Source of the DNA: Leucoraja erinacea
Lineage: Eukaryota
Length of the DNA stretch: 64,000 bases
Reading direction: 5' to 3'
NCBI RefSeq assembly: GCF_028641065.1
Contig: NC_073397.1
Span: 38,192,001-38,256,000 of the forward strand
A program made the translations under genes and the position numbers. Positions 1-11,672 of the stretch are shown in pieces. Position 1 is the first letter of the stretch, and each line of letters opens with the position of its first letter. Under the pieces are notes generated by a model that worked only from the letters and a program-made list of their open reading frames with translations, ran no database searches and had not been told where the DNA came from.

Positions 1-477
1 AAGACAAAATTGGTTCATGGTTAAAATCACTTGATTTCTTACCCATTTGCTTCTTGACAATGGAATTTGTGTGTGAAAATAGGGGCCTCATCAAACACTG
101 TTTCAAAAGCATTCATTTATAGACTGCATGAATATGGAATTGTATCCGGACATTTTGAATGAGGTTGGGTTCTTTATGTTGAACCTTTGAACCCTCTTGA
201 CCAAGCGGACCATTGATGGAAGTCAGAAGAACTGCAGAACTGGAAATAAAAACAGAAACTCCTGAGCTTTGCTGGCCGTTTTTGTTATGATATTTTAGAG
301 ATTTACTCCAGCACATGTGTGTATTTTTTGTGTTGAGTTGAGACGTGTCCAATGTTGTCTAAGTTAGGATGTGAACTTATAATCATGTCTTTGAGTTTTG
401 TTCATTCTGCAGCTCAATATACAGTATACCGACGATGATGTGTCCTGTGCTTGCAATCTAATGCTAACACATTCTGT

Positions 478-715
478 GGGAGGAGGGGGTGGGGGGGGAG
501 ATGGGGGGGAGGAGGGTGCTGGTTGGGGGGGGAGGGGGGGGGGGGAGGAGGGTGCTAGTTGCGGGGGAGGGGTGGGGGGAGATGGGGGGGGAGGAGGGTG
601 CTGGTTGGAGGGGGGTGGGGGGTGGAGGGTGCTGGTTGGGGGGAAGGTGGGGGGGAGGGGTTGGGGGGGAGGAGGGTGCTGGTTGGGGGGGGATGGGGGG
701 AGGGGGGGGGGGGGA
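478..715. repeat. G-rich low-complexity tandem repeat (core GGAGGGTGCTGGTTGGGGG) running into an assembly gap
   Basis: About five imperfect copies of ggaggagggtgctggttggg separated by G runs; abuts an N run. Confidence 0.85.
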
Positions 716-868
716 NNNNNNNNNNNNNNNNNNNNNNNNNNNNNNNNNNNNNNNNNNNNNNNNNNNNNNNNNNNNNNNNNNNNNNNNNNNNNNNNNNNNN
801 NNNNNNNNNNNNNNNNNNNNNNNNNNNNNNNNNNNNNNNNNNNNNNNNNNNNNNNNNNNNNNNNNNNN
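716..868. other. Assembly gap (153 N)
   Basis: Run of N. Confidence 1.
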
Positions 869-1123
869 GGAAGGTGGGGGGGTACATGAGCCCCTATGGT
901 TGCAAGGCATTCACTGCATTGACTGCATCGACCACATTGAGTTGAGGTTCATTCCAAGAATCAATGAGTTCCCAACTCCACGCGAGGGCCAGTGACTGAA
1001 GGGCAGGTTTCTGTCTCTGCTCTTTATCTGATGATTCATATTTCTCATTCTCATAGATGTTCATGAATGAAACAAATGCAAACTACTTTTAGTAAACTGT
1101 CTTCAATACTCTACTTTGCACAG

Positions 1124-1271
1124 CCAAAGCTACCTTGCATCAGTCAGTGAGTCTATCCACAGGAGTCTTGATTGCCTGGATACTGTGGATCTGAACTCGG
1201 CAAACTTCCATGGATGGAATGAAGACGACATGGGAAGCACAGACACCCTCAAATCCAACCATATTAACCAG
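1124..1271 (+). CDS. DLGAP4: DLGAP/SAPAP family internal coding exon (phase 2 to 0), most likely DLGAP4
   Basis: Acceptor ctactttgcacag|c and donor cag|gtgtgt. Encodes (S)QSYLASVSESIHRSLDCLDTVDLNSANFHGWNEDDMGSTDTLKSNHINQ, resembling recalled DLGAP4 RSLDRLDSVD...WEED...SCISQ. Phase is compatible with the next exon. Confidence 0.8.
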
Positions 1272-2266
1272 GTGTGTGTCCCTGAAGGTAAACAGTCGCA
1301 GGTGGGGTGGGATGGAATATCTCACCTGGCTTGACTTTCCAATTGATCCCATTCAATCAATTGTCGCAAAGAGAAGTTTGGATTGTTTGTGATTTCAATC
1401 TGTCGTGGCCTGGAGCTACCAAACCAGTTATCGCAACACTTATGCATTTCACCCATCTTTGGAGCATTAAAACGCATGTATTTTGTCCCAACAAATCAGG
1501 GATGTCCAAATAAAGGACAAGACATTGAGACATCTTTGCTTCATGAAGTCCCAGATCTCAACAAAAACAGTCAGGCACAACATTCATTCTCTAATCCAGA
1601 TTCACCAGGTTGACATTTTTAGAAGTCAGGACTTTTTAAACCATCACACCTCCTCCCACATCAAGTCCTTGGATAATGCTCTTTTCCTGGATGCATGCTC
1701 ATCCCCCTAAACCCCTGAATGCTCTCTCGTTCTTTTGTGGTCTGACTAAAGTCACAAATCACAGTTAGTAGGGATCTGGTTGGTGACAACACTGACACTA
1801 ATGGCTCGTGTCCTTCCTGGCTGTGTTAGCATTCCTTCTGAGATTCTAAATGAAGATTATTGCAGGTGTTGGTCCATTTGCCACTTTCAGCCACAGATAA
1901 CTATCTCTGTCCACACTACCAGTGGTGCAACCAACCCACTGCTTCACAAACTCACTCCCAATGAGTGACCTTTAATCTATTAACGGAATCCATGCTGAGA
2001 AGATCCAAGGCTCCATACCAAGGAACCCTTCTGTCCCACTTTGTCGCATGGCCTCAACACTCTCTTTACAATGCAACTCTTTGGCCAGCAATTCACTGAC
2101 ACTCGAGATACTCTACATCTGTGTAGGCTTGTGCAGAAAGTGTCATCGCGACTTTACCAAATGTCCTCGAATTGACAATTACCAAAGTGATTTCAAATAA
2201 ATAGACTTTGTAAATGTTTTATTTTTCAATTCATATTCATTTTACTTAATTATGTTTCCTTTCAAG

Positions 2267-2507
2267 GAGCAAGAAATGGATTTTAGCAATCAGTATGAGA
2301 ACATCTGTGAGCCGGTCTTCAACGAGGTGGATTTGCAGGCTGTGGATGCCCTTGATCTGCCCATTCCTGGCTGTTTCCGCTCAAGAAGCCACAGCTATCT
2401 CAGAGCAATACAGGCTGGCTGCTCTCAGGATGATGACAATGTCTCTGTCCGCTCAGTGTCTCCCCCACCTATAACAACCACAGTTAGAACCATGCAAACC
2501 AACACCA
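2267..2507 (+). CDS. DLGAP4: DLGAP/SAPAP family coding exon (241 nt, phase 0 to 1) with the PSD-95 GK-binding repeat RSRSHSYLRAIQ
   Basis: Acceptor tttcctttcaag|g and donor a|gtaagt. Encodes EQEMDFSNQYENICEPVFNEVDLQAVDALDLPIPGCFRSRSHSYLRAIQAGCSQDDDNVSVRSVSPPPITTTVRTMQTNT. The family is clear; the DLGAP4 paralog call rests on QYE, RSRSHSYLRAIQAGCSQ and SPPP. Confidence 0.9.
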
Positions 2508-5500
2508 GTAAGTACTACTCTAACTACCACTAAGTACATATTCCTACTTGGAAACGGTCAAAGATGAGCTGTCTAAATTATTTGATGTCACTTTTGAGTA
2601 CAGAAACGTTTGGTGCATCAGATACCAGCTGCTAGAGATGACGGTCCCTGGCATATTGTTTGCATCCTCACAGTCAGACGGTCTGATCTTTCAACAACAA
2701 TAAATGTCCATTTGTTAGATCCCCTTCATGGGCAGGAAGCAAATTATATCCCAGGGTGATCACCATTGATTCTATTTATGGATATTATTTAAAATTAATG
2801 AACATTGATGGCTTTTAATGATTTTGTTTTTTCCGTTGAATCTGAAAATAGTGTAAATGTTAATAAGTTATTTGCTCTGCTGGTGGGTTTAGAGTGATGT
2901 TAATATTTGCTTAGTTTATTGTGTGAGGTGAATGTAGAATGCAAACATAGACCTGGAAAAACAATAGTCATTTAATGCATGAATCTTTTAAATGAGTCTT
3001 GCACTTCAAGCATGTGTCAGTGAAGGAAAATGGGTAAAATGCAGTACTGATTTTGTGGTTTTAAAAAGAAATCAAAATGTTAATGGTGCATTTTATACGG
3101 ATGTAAGTAACGACTGAGGGATCTGTTGGTGCATGATGATCTGCTTTGTACTGTCTTTCTCATCCACATTGAAGAGACTCTTACACACTGACAAGGCTTG
3201 AGCTTTGGACTGGATTTTAACATGTTTGAAAAATGTTGGTGTTGGTCACATTGTGTTACATTGCAAAGTTCAACACTGTAATATTCTATCATTTGTCTTC
3301 TCACATGTACTGATTCTGTGATATAAAAAAGCACAATCTTCATTAAAACAAGTATATTTCTTTTTAAATTATGAAATAAATGTTATAAATATTATTTTCT
3401 CTTGATCTCCTGAAGGCATTTGCTTAAAACATGAGGCATAATAGATGTTATTCTATTTGCATTCAATGTTTACTGATATTTTGTTCAGATGTGGAACATT
3501 AGAATGCTTACTTTCTGGAATTCTACTTGTTTAGCAGAGTAAGCTACCTTTTCTATTGTACAATATATTTGTGTATTATTTATTATAGCAAAAACCAAAC
3601 AGTTGTCATGACATATCCCTTCACGTGCCTCGATCACTCATGGTGATGGGGAGGTGACAGCGATGGATGGTGAATGAAGTTATCGACCATCGATGGTTCC
3701 AAGTGACAGCCATTTACCTTCCTACACCCAGATCGGCAGAGCACTGGATGCATCATCTCGGGCTATTATTTTGATGTCATTACTAGTTTGTCTTTTTGCT
3801 GTCCAAAAAAATGTGACCAAATGTTTACAAACTAACACAAACGATGCGGTACTTGTGTAATGAAACTACACAGTGACTGGACAATGGGCTGGTGATGCTG
3901 CCTCAGCATTGACAGAATCTGCCTGGTTTACTAAGACAGTTTCTGTAATGTGCATGTGATAATTCTGCCATGAGGGTGTGTGTGTGAGGGTGGATGTTAC
4001 ATAGCCCAGCAGTGGACATAAACATCCACAACACGTGGGGGTGGAATTGATCCTCAGTAGCATCTGATAAACCACATTCAATACCGTAATGTGTGCATAT
4101 TGACTGCTACTTCCAGAACTGGGCTTCAGTTATATAATTGGAACCAAATGGTTACGGTTAGAAGCATGATACAATGCCCAGCCTGGTAAACGGTTAACGT
4201 TAAGTGCTCACTGCCAGAGGTGAATCTCCATACCTATATCTGCATCGGAATATACCTGTTTAAACCTGCCGAGGAGAACCAAGGCCTTTATTTTGAGATT
4301 GTAAGAGCCCTCCATGAAAAAAAATACTGAATCGAGCTCCTGATGGTATAAACTCAGAGGAAGTGGAACTTGCCAATGAGAAGTATGCAATAATGCAATT
4401 GTGTTCTGCCTCGAATCTACAGAATAGAATATCGATAATGGATGCCTGAATATTCACGCTGTTAATGAACCTCACCTTAATGATCATAAAAATGAAACAT
4501 TTGCTGGAAAAGTGATTGCAGGATGAATCCCAACCACTAACCATGATCAACAAACCTGAGCAAGGCGACATTACCTGCCAATAATTGATGAATTCATCTG
4601 TGCTGCCGTTCATGATTGTCTATTGTCATATTGTCTATTATCATGATACTGGATCAATAACTGGGTCTCTAGGTTCGCGTACCTGCCTGGAGCCAGTAGG
4701 TCGTATCTACAGCTGTTCCTTGGCTGAGGACCATATTGCCGGTGGGGTTTCTGCTAACTCGGACACACATGGGCTACGGCCTGGAGCATTCTATCCAATG
4801 CTCAGAGCTTGTTCACCTCCAGTCGAACATTTTACAACCGAGTTAGGAAATTCACCTTTCATTATAGATGCAAATGTTGGCCTCACTTTACAAGTTCACG
4901 TCAGGATGGACTGGTAATTGAAAGTCAAAATGTAATCTTAGTTATGTCAGAGTTCATATTTCAAATATGAGCAACAGCTGAGAATTTTAATATTGTATAA
5001 TAAAGGAGTTTGTGTTAGGTGGATTTGCATTTCAAAATACCACCATGAACAGGAAATAACTTAAATATAAGCAGAACGCCACACCAAATATCACAAATTA
5101 ATTTACGGTAGTTCTGCACAAAGGCTTCCATCACTTCTATTACACTCAATATCTATTAGTTTAGAAAGATCTTATTCTGATTACAAATATTCTTAAGCAC
5201 AATAACACGAGGAATGCCTTATTCTTGGGGCACCGGACAGGGGAAGTTGTTGAGGAACAGCTCCCCACATCAAATGTTTAATGTTCTCCCCGAATATGAA
5301 ACCATTAACCCGAAGCCATTAACAGCACTGAAACATCAAAGTATTTGCTGGTATTTTTCAGATTTGTAAGTTGAATATTTCTGCATGTTTAAGAGTCCAT
5401 CAGGACATTTTAACAGACAATATGAAAGCTGTGCATATATGTTTATTAGTAGTATGAATCTCGTGTGATACTCCTGTGTTGATTGAGCTGCTTGATGTGA

Positions 5501-5567
5501 GTTCCAATGGAAGTTTCAAATTGCATTTAAAGGATCTAAACAGATGCTCTTTCAGTGTAGAAGTTAA

Positions 5568-6021
5568 TAGCCCTGTCCCACAATACGTTCATTCCAAGAG
5601 CTTACCGTGTGGAAACAGGCCCTTCGGCCCAACTCATCCACACTGGCCAAAAATGTCCCCGCTACACTAGTCCCACCTGCCTGCGCTTGGTCCATATCTC
5701 TCCAAACATGTCCTATCCATGTATCTGGCTGATGGTCCTGTCCCACAGTACAAGTTCATTCCAAGAGCTCTCCCGAGTTTTAAAAAAATCACTCGTGGTA
5801 AGCATGGAGAATGAACGTAGCGGGTACGTCGGAGCTCGGGGACGTCTCTTAGAGCTAACGGCAGGTAGTCGGGAAGACTTGTGAAGATTTTTCAACTTGA
5901 TGAAAAATGTCCACGAGAGCCCCGAGTACCGACGAGTGGCCATTACCGTAAATCTCCGAGTTCGAATCAGGGCAAACTCGGGAGAACTCTTGGAATGAAC
6001 TCGTACCGTGGGACAGGGCTT
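5568..6021. mobile_element. PIF/Harbinger-type MITE (composite, two left ends)
   Basis: TIR (T/A)AGCCCTGTCCCAC...GTGGGACAGGGCTT flanked by TAA (5565-5567, 6022-6024); long inverted match of 5733-5782 with 5972-6021. Confidence 0.75.
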
Positions 6022-7149
6022 TAACTTGAGGAGTGCAGCCAAGTAAGTGACAAGGTCAGGCAAAGGTGAGTCTGGCTACTTTAACCCAGGCTTGGCAAGT
6101 CTGGTTGGACTGGTTACATAACAACTGCACCTTTTACCAAAGTACTTCAGTGATCACGCCACACATCAGTCAATGATGATTGCTATGATACTCTCTATCA
6201 TCTGAGCTTCAGAAACTGCTCCAACCAGTGTGTGTGTTTATAGTTACAGAAGATACATGGCAATGCCCTGTGAATATTGCATGGTGCATGGGCAGGGTGT
6301 ATCCTGTCAATATTGCATGGTGCATGGAGCATGGTGCATGGTCCATGGGCAGGGTGCTCTGAATTTAGTTAAGAAAATGTCATCATGATCTCAGCAGTGG
6401 CCAGGTGGAGATTGTCGTCGATTGTTGTCGGGGAGACCTGTTTTACCTGATCTAGGGCTGACCTCCATGCTGGAGCTGCCTCCTGGCTGAGCGTGGACAC
6501 TGGGGAGGAAGAAGGAGTTGGAGATGGGACCTCATTGCCGGGAAGATGATGGCAATAATCGTAGTCATTGAAAACCAGGATTTAAGAAGAGATGAAGGAG
6601 AATGATGGCACGAAGGTGTCTGGATTTCTCTAACAGAGATGCAATAACATCACTGTTCTGGCCCACAAACAGAACATTACAACGACTCACCTGGTTAGTC
6701 TGCCTCCAGTCCTGGATCTAGATGCTGCAAACTTTAACCAGGGTGAAGAGAGATCAACACACAACCGAATGGTCCAACATAAAGAAGGAAATTGACAACC
6801 ATTGTGATCTTATTACTGTCCGTGTCCTTTTGTTGTCTGCATTGCATGGTGTGTACTGATTGCCGCTGCATGCATCTGCAGTTCTGCAGTGACACAATTA
6901 ACCAAGTGCTAGAGGATGTTGCAGGAGTGTGTGTGAGGGTGGATGTTACATATGCGTGACTGGATAGTTAGTCACAATCTGAGACAGATCCCAGTGTCAA
7001 TGAGCTGTCTTCTTACTTCATTCTAATTATGTCCACACCTTAATCCTCCTTGCCAAATCTGATTTAACCATAACCTCAATAAACATCTTCTGTTAAACTT
7101 TAGAAGTGTAAGAAGAATACAAAGGTGGCCAATAGACACCTGACACTAC

Positions 7150-7262
7150 TTTAGACCTGAAACGTTACCCATCCATGTTCACTGGAGATGCTGCCTGACC
7201 ATCTCAGTTACTCCAGCACTTTGTAACTTTCTTTGGTAAACCACCATCTGCAGTTCCTGTGT
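7150..7262 (+). mobile_element. Penelope-derived short element fragment
   Basis: cctgaaacgttaccc...gagatgctgcctgacc...agttactccagcactttg...catctgcagttcct shared with other copies. Confidence 0.65.
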
Positions 7263-7914
7263 CAACATTTTCATAGATGCAGCTGCTCATGGCATGGACA
7301 TTTCCATCTTACTCGGATGAGTCATATTTTCCTAATGATGAAGATTGCATATTAATATTTATAATGTTTATGTACATTTCTCTTTAATATAATCTATTTA
7401 CTGACAGTGCAATATTGGCAGCTACCCCAGAAATATGATCTGAGTTTTTTGTTTAACATTTCAGCTTGAATGAAACAAGATAATTGTTTCAGACAGAATC
7501 CTGAATCTTGTTTTGTGATCCCACAGAGTCCCAGTGGAAAACCTTTGTTTTGAACATCAGAAATAATACTTTAGATATACAATCTATAGCCGCTCTTTTG
7601 CAGATAGCAATATTTTGGAAACAGTAATGTGATCTTTAGTTTTGGCCTTGTTATTGAAGGGAGGATTGGTGACCAAGATACAAGAGAATGTTCTGCACTC
7701 CCTCAAATAGCTGCGTGCAAATAGTGATGAGCACCTGCGGAGACCACAGTTGAAGGACAACAGTTCCAGCAACACTACACTTCCACTCATTCACAATAAC
7801 ATCAACAGTTGGAAGCCACAACACTGTCTATTCCAGTGACCAGTGCTGAACAAGCATTTAAATCTTTTCCAGAAGTCTGAAATGGAAATGCAGCAAATAA
7901 AAATAACCTGAAGA

Positions 7915-8218
7915 AAGACAATAGACAATAGGTGCAGGAGTAGGCCATTTGGCCCTTCGAGCCAGCACCGCCATTCAATATGATCGTGGCTGTTCATCCC
8001 CAATCAGTTCCCTGTTTATACCTTCTCCCCATATCCCCTGACTCCGCGATCTTTAAGAGCCCTATCTAGCTCTCTCTTGAAAGTATCCAGAGAACCGGCC
8101 TCCACCACCCTCTGAGGCAGAGAATTCCACAGACTCACAACTGTGTGAAAAAGTGTTTCCTCATCTCCGTTCTAAATGGCTCACCCCTTATTCTTAAACT
8201 GTGGCCCCTGGTTCTGGA
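7915..8218 (-). mobile_element. CR1 LINE 3' end
   Basis: Same 3' UTR as the CR1 at 43.5-43.8 kb, with (agacaat)n tail. Confidence 0.85.
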
Positions 8219-9814
8219 AAAGAGAAAAAGCATGAAGCTAAACCCACTCAAGCTCTTGTATAAAGTGAACTGGATTAAAGGAGGGAAGTACTGGGAAGTG
8301 TTACTGAAGAAGTAAAGTCATACAGTGTTGAAACTTGCCCATGCCAACAAAACTGCCCTATCTACCCTGCCCATGTTTGGCCCATATTCCTCTAACCTTT
8401 CCCTATCCATGTACAAGTGTCACTTGACAATCTTTTGTTTAATAGTCATTCATCGTTATTTTCTGTACTTCATTGGGAATTTTATGAGGAGTTAGTTTAA
8501 TACTCCTGTGAGAAGCTTGTCACAGCATTGAATGCCACGGTTAAATCCTACATAGGTTGCACATCTAAGTGAAACTGACAGGATTACACCATGACAAGAA
8601 CAGTCTCGTTCATTACAGGAAGTTTAAGATCCAATGCGCTTATTGCCATGGCCCAGTTCACCATGGAATAACTCTGTTCATTACTCTCAAGATGTCAAGC
8701 CACAGGTAACCAACAATGATACACTTCTTACTTATTTTACAGTTTCTAAATTAGTGGCAGATAGAAAGCCATTAATTCACTGGAGAAATTGCTACAGATA
8801 TTTAGATGCTCCTTATCCTCCCTGAACTAAGACTGATTTTCTGAATGACATCAAATTTGAATATTTATTTCTGAGTAATTGATGGGATCTATGGTGACAT
8901 CACGTGACAAATGTACTTGTTCAGACGGATTTATCATCTCCTCGTGTCTGAGCTTCGAGCCTGCTAACTATTTCCCAGATCCACAATGAAGATACAAAAC
9001 TAAGCAATCTCAACTTATTTCTTTCAATAAGTACGATCGTCCAGGCTAGAAAACTAGGAAGTTTCAGTGTGTGTTGGACTATGTCTGTTTTATGTGATAT
9101 TTCTAGAACTTTGCCCTTTTCTGTTTATGCCTCAGTTTTGTGGAACTCTGGTGTTTTTGCTGTAAACCAACCCAGCAAAGACTGTCCAAGTATCTGATCT
9201 CTGTCCCTGATGCCAAGGAACCAGTTCGCTGCATTCGTTAACTAAATGCATCTCCTGTTAAAGTTGCAGGCTTTAATGTCAAAAGAGGAATGTCAGAAAA
9301 ATGATAACTAGACAGATACCAACACACATCAGCCAGACAGCCTCCACAGTGAGAGAAGGTTCACCTGCAAAGTCTACGTTCTTGACCCCCTGAAGGATGA
9401 CACGGTCATTGGGAAAGCAGTGTCATGGCGAGATAAACAACAATCTGACAAAGTCACAAACTCACCCCGGCAATCTCCTCAAACTCTCTGGTAAACTCCT
9501 GTAGGCCAGCTCTTCAGAGTTGGGAGCACAGTGGGGTGGTGTGGAGAAGGAGTTGTCCCAAGGGTGCTGCTCATCATCATTGACCCCAAAGCCCAGGATG
9601 TTTCACAGCACAAGATTAGATTCTAGGAAGGAAGCCTCCTCCCAGCCACACGTATCCAGAACGTCAGCTCCAATGTGAGCACTGCATGAGGGTGGAACAG
9701 GTCAACAGGCTGAACTCGGGGGGAGGGGGGAGGGGGGGGCTGTTTGGAGGGGGCCAATGAGAGGATCATTTGGACCATCATCGCCTGTCTGATTCCTCAA
9801 AGATGGCACAACTG

Positions 9815-9945
9815 GGAAAACTACCAGCTTCAATCCAGACACCTTGGTGCTCTCTGTGTGGAGCTTGCATGTATTCCCTGTGGCTGTAAGTTCCTCTGAC
9901 TGCAAAGGTTTCCTCCCACATTCCAAACATGTGCAGGTTGGTAGG
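9815..9945 (+). mobile_element. Degraded V-SINE/HE1-like SINE fragment
   Basis: tgtgtggagcttgcatgt...ggtttcctcccacattccaaacatgtgcaggttggtagg core, similar to 48.4 and 49.4 kb copies. Confidence 0.6.
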
Positions 9946-10502
9946 GACAGCAAAAGCACAACAAATATTGATTATCCTCCTACATCATCAACAGCTGCTA
10001 ATCATTTTCCATCCACTGTCTGATATGTGATTGTTGGCAAGACCTTCACTAGGGTACATTTTGTGTTGTTTTCACTGAAAATCTAGATGTTGTTCTCTGG
10101 ATTCACCTTGGCCTTGCTGGTACATCACATTATTCACAGGAGACGGCTTCCATCTGACCCAGTGTCTGCTTCAACAATAATGAATGGGCTTCAAACTATC
10201 TTTATATTCCTACAAAATGTCTGACGGTGAATTTGAATCATTCCTTTCAACAAATGTTCCATAGAATTATCACCATGAATCGGCAATAAATCTCAAAATG
10301 AGCATTTCCCCCCTTCATTTGCTTCCAGTACTACAGCTATCTATTAGCAACTTATGGCCGACCAATTAATTGCTGAACTTGGATAGCCAACAAATATAAT
10401 TCGTTGTCCTTTGAGTTAAAACCAAGCTTCACAATCTCAGAATGACTTTGTGAACATTTCAGGATTCAGATCCTTTTAATCAGACTACATACAATTTTAC
10501 AA

Positions 10503-10665
10503 GTCTGGTGAAGGGTCCCGACCCGAAACGTCACCTATCCATGTTCTCCACAGATGCTGCCTGACCCGCTGAGTTACTCCAGCACTCTGTGAAACGTCAC
10601 CTATCCATGTTCTCCACAGATGCTGCCTGACCCGCTGAGTTACTCCAGCACTCTGTGTCTATCTT
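10503..10665 (+). mobile_element. Penelope-derived short element with internal tandem duplication
   Basis: gaaacgtcacctatccatgttctccacagatgctgcctgacccgctgagttactccagcactctgt repeated twice head to tail. Confidence 0.8.
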
Positions 10666-11180
10666 TGGTTCATTGTCATATTCAGCAAGGTGCAATGAAA
10701 TTCCATGTTCATATGAAGCTCACAGAATAAACTGTATACACACAGTAATGATAAATACAATTGGCAGTGTGAAGCAGCAGAAAGGTGCAGGATTATGGAG
10801 CAAAAGCTGGGTTGATCTAATTCTTCTTAAAGTTCAGTAACACATGAAGCGGCAGCATTTCTAGGAAGGGGAAGTGAAAGAGGTGATTGGTTCAGGAGTC
10901 TGATCGCAGTGGGGAAGAAGCTGTTCATGTCTGGACATCCGGGCATTCAAGCTCCTGCATCTTCTCCCAGAAGGTAGAAGAGAGAAAAGGGAATGTCCAG
11001 GGTGGGAGTATCCTTGACGATACCTCCAGACTTCCTGATGCATCGCACCGTGAAGATGGACTGGATGGAAGGAAGTGCCGAGCCTGTGATGGACGGGGCT
11101 GTGGTCACCACTCTCTGCAGGTTCAGGTGGTCAAGGACAGAGCAGTGGCCAGACCAGGCTGAGGTGCATCCTGTAAGAAT
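10666..11180 (-). mobile_element. Rex/Babar-type LINE 3' fragment
   Basis: Minus-strand HPGHSLFSLLPSGRR motif typical of this RT C-terminus. Confidence 0.7.
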
Positions 11181-11554
11181 TGTGGTTGTGAAGGGACCAG
11201 GTTATCATGTGGATCTCTGGGATCTTTCAGCTGCTGATCATCTCTGCAGTTGCTCCATTGATCACCCCCATGCTCTCCTGAGACAACCAGCAGCCCTTTA
11301 ATCTTGCTGACAGTGAGAGTTGAGTAGTGTTAGTAATCATTTTCAAGTTGAATAATGATTATGAGGGAATGTTCTAAAGACCATCCGGTTTTGGTGATGA
11401 CCTTAGTATGGGATCTGGTGCACAGCAGCAAATGCACAAAGAGTGAAAAGATCAGCTGGTAAAGGATTGACCTAGAATCTGTGTCCTCTCTCAGTGACCC
11501 ATGCTCAAACCCAGCCACAAACTGCTAGATGCCCCATCAGGTCTACTGTCCGCT

Positions 11555-11672
11555 TGTCTGAAGAAGGATCCTCATCCAAAACATTGCCTGTCCATTCCTT
11601 CCACAGATGCGACCTGACCCTTGAGTTCCTCCAGCACTTTGACTTTGCTAAATGTTCCAGCATCTGCAGCCT
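11555..11672 (+). mobile_element. Penelope-derived short element
   Basis: ctgaagaaggatcctcatccaaaacattgcc...ccagcatctgcag. Confidence 0.7.

Noticed and set aside
398-995. Gly/Pro-rich ORFs
   Set aside because: Translations of a G-rich repeat spanning an N gap
4200-4920. ORFs 4260-4613 and 4585-4917 as a gene or transposon
   Set aside because: No recognisable motif or splice structure
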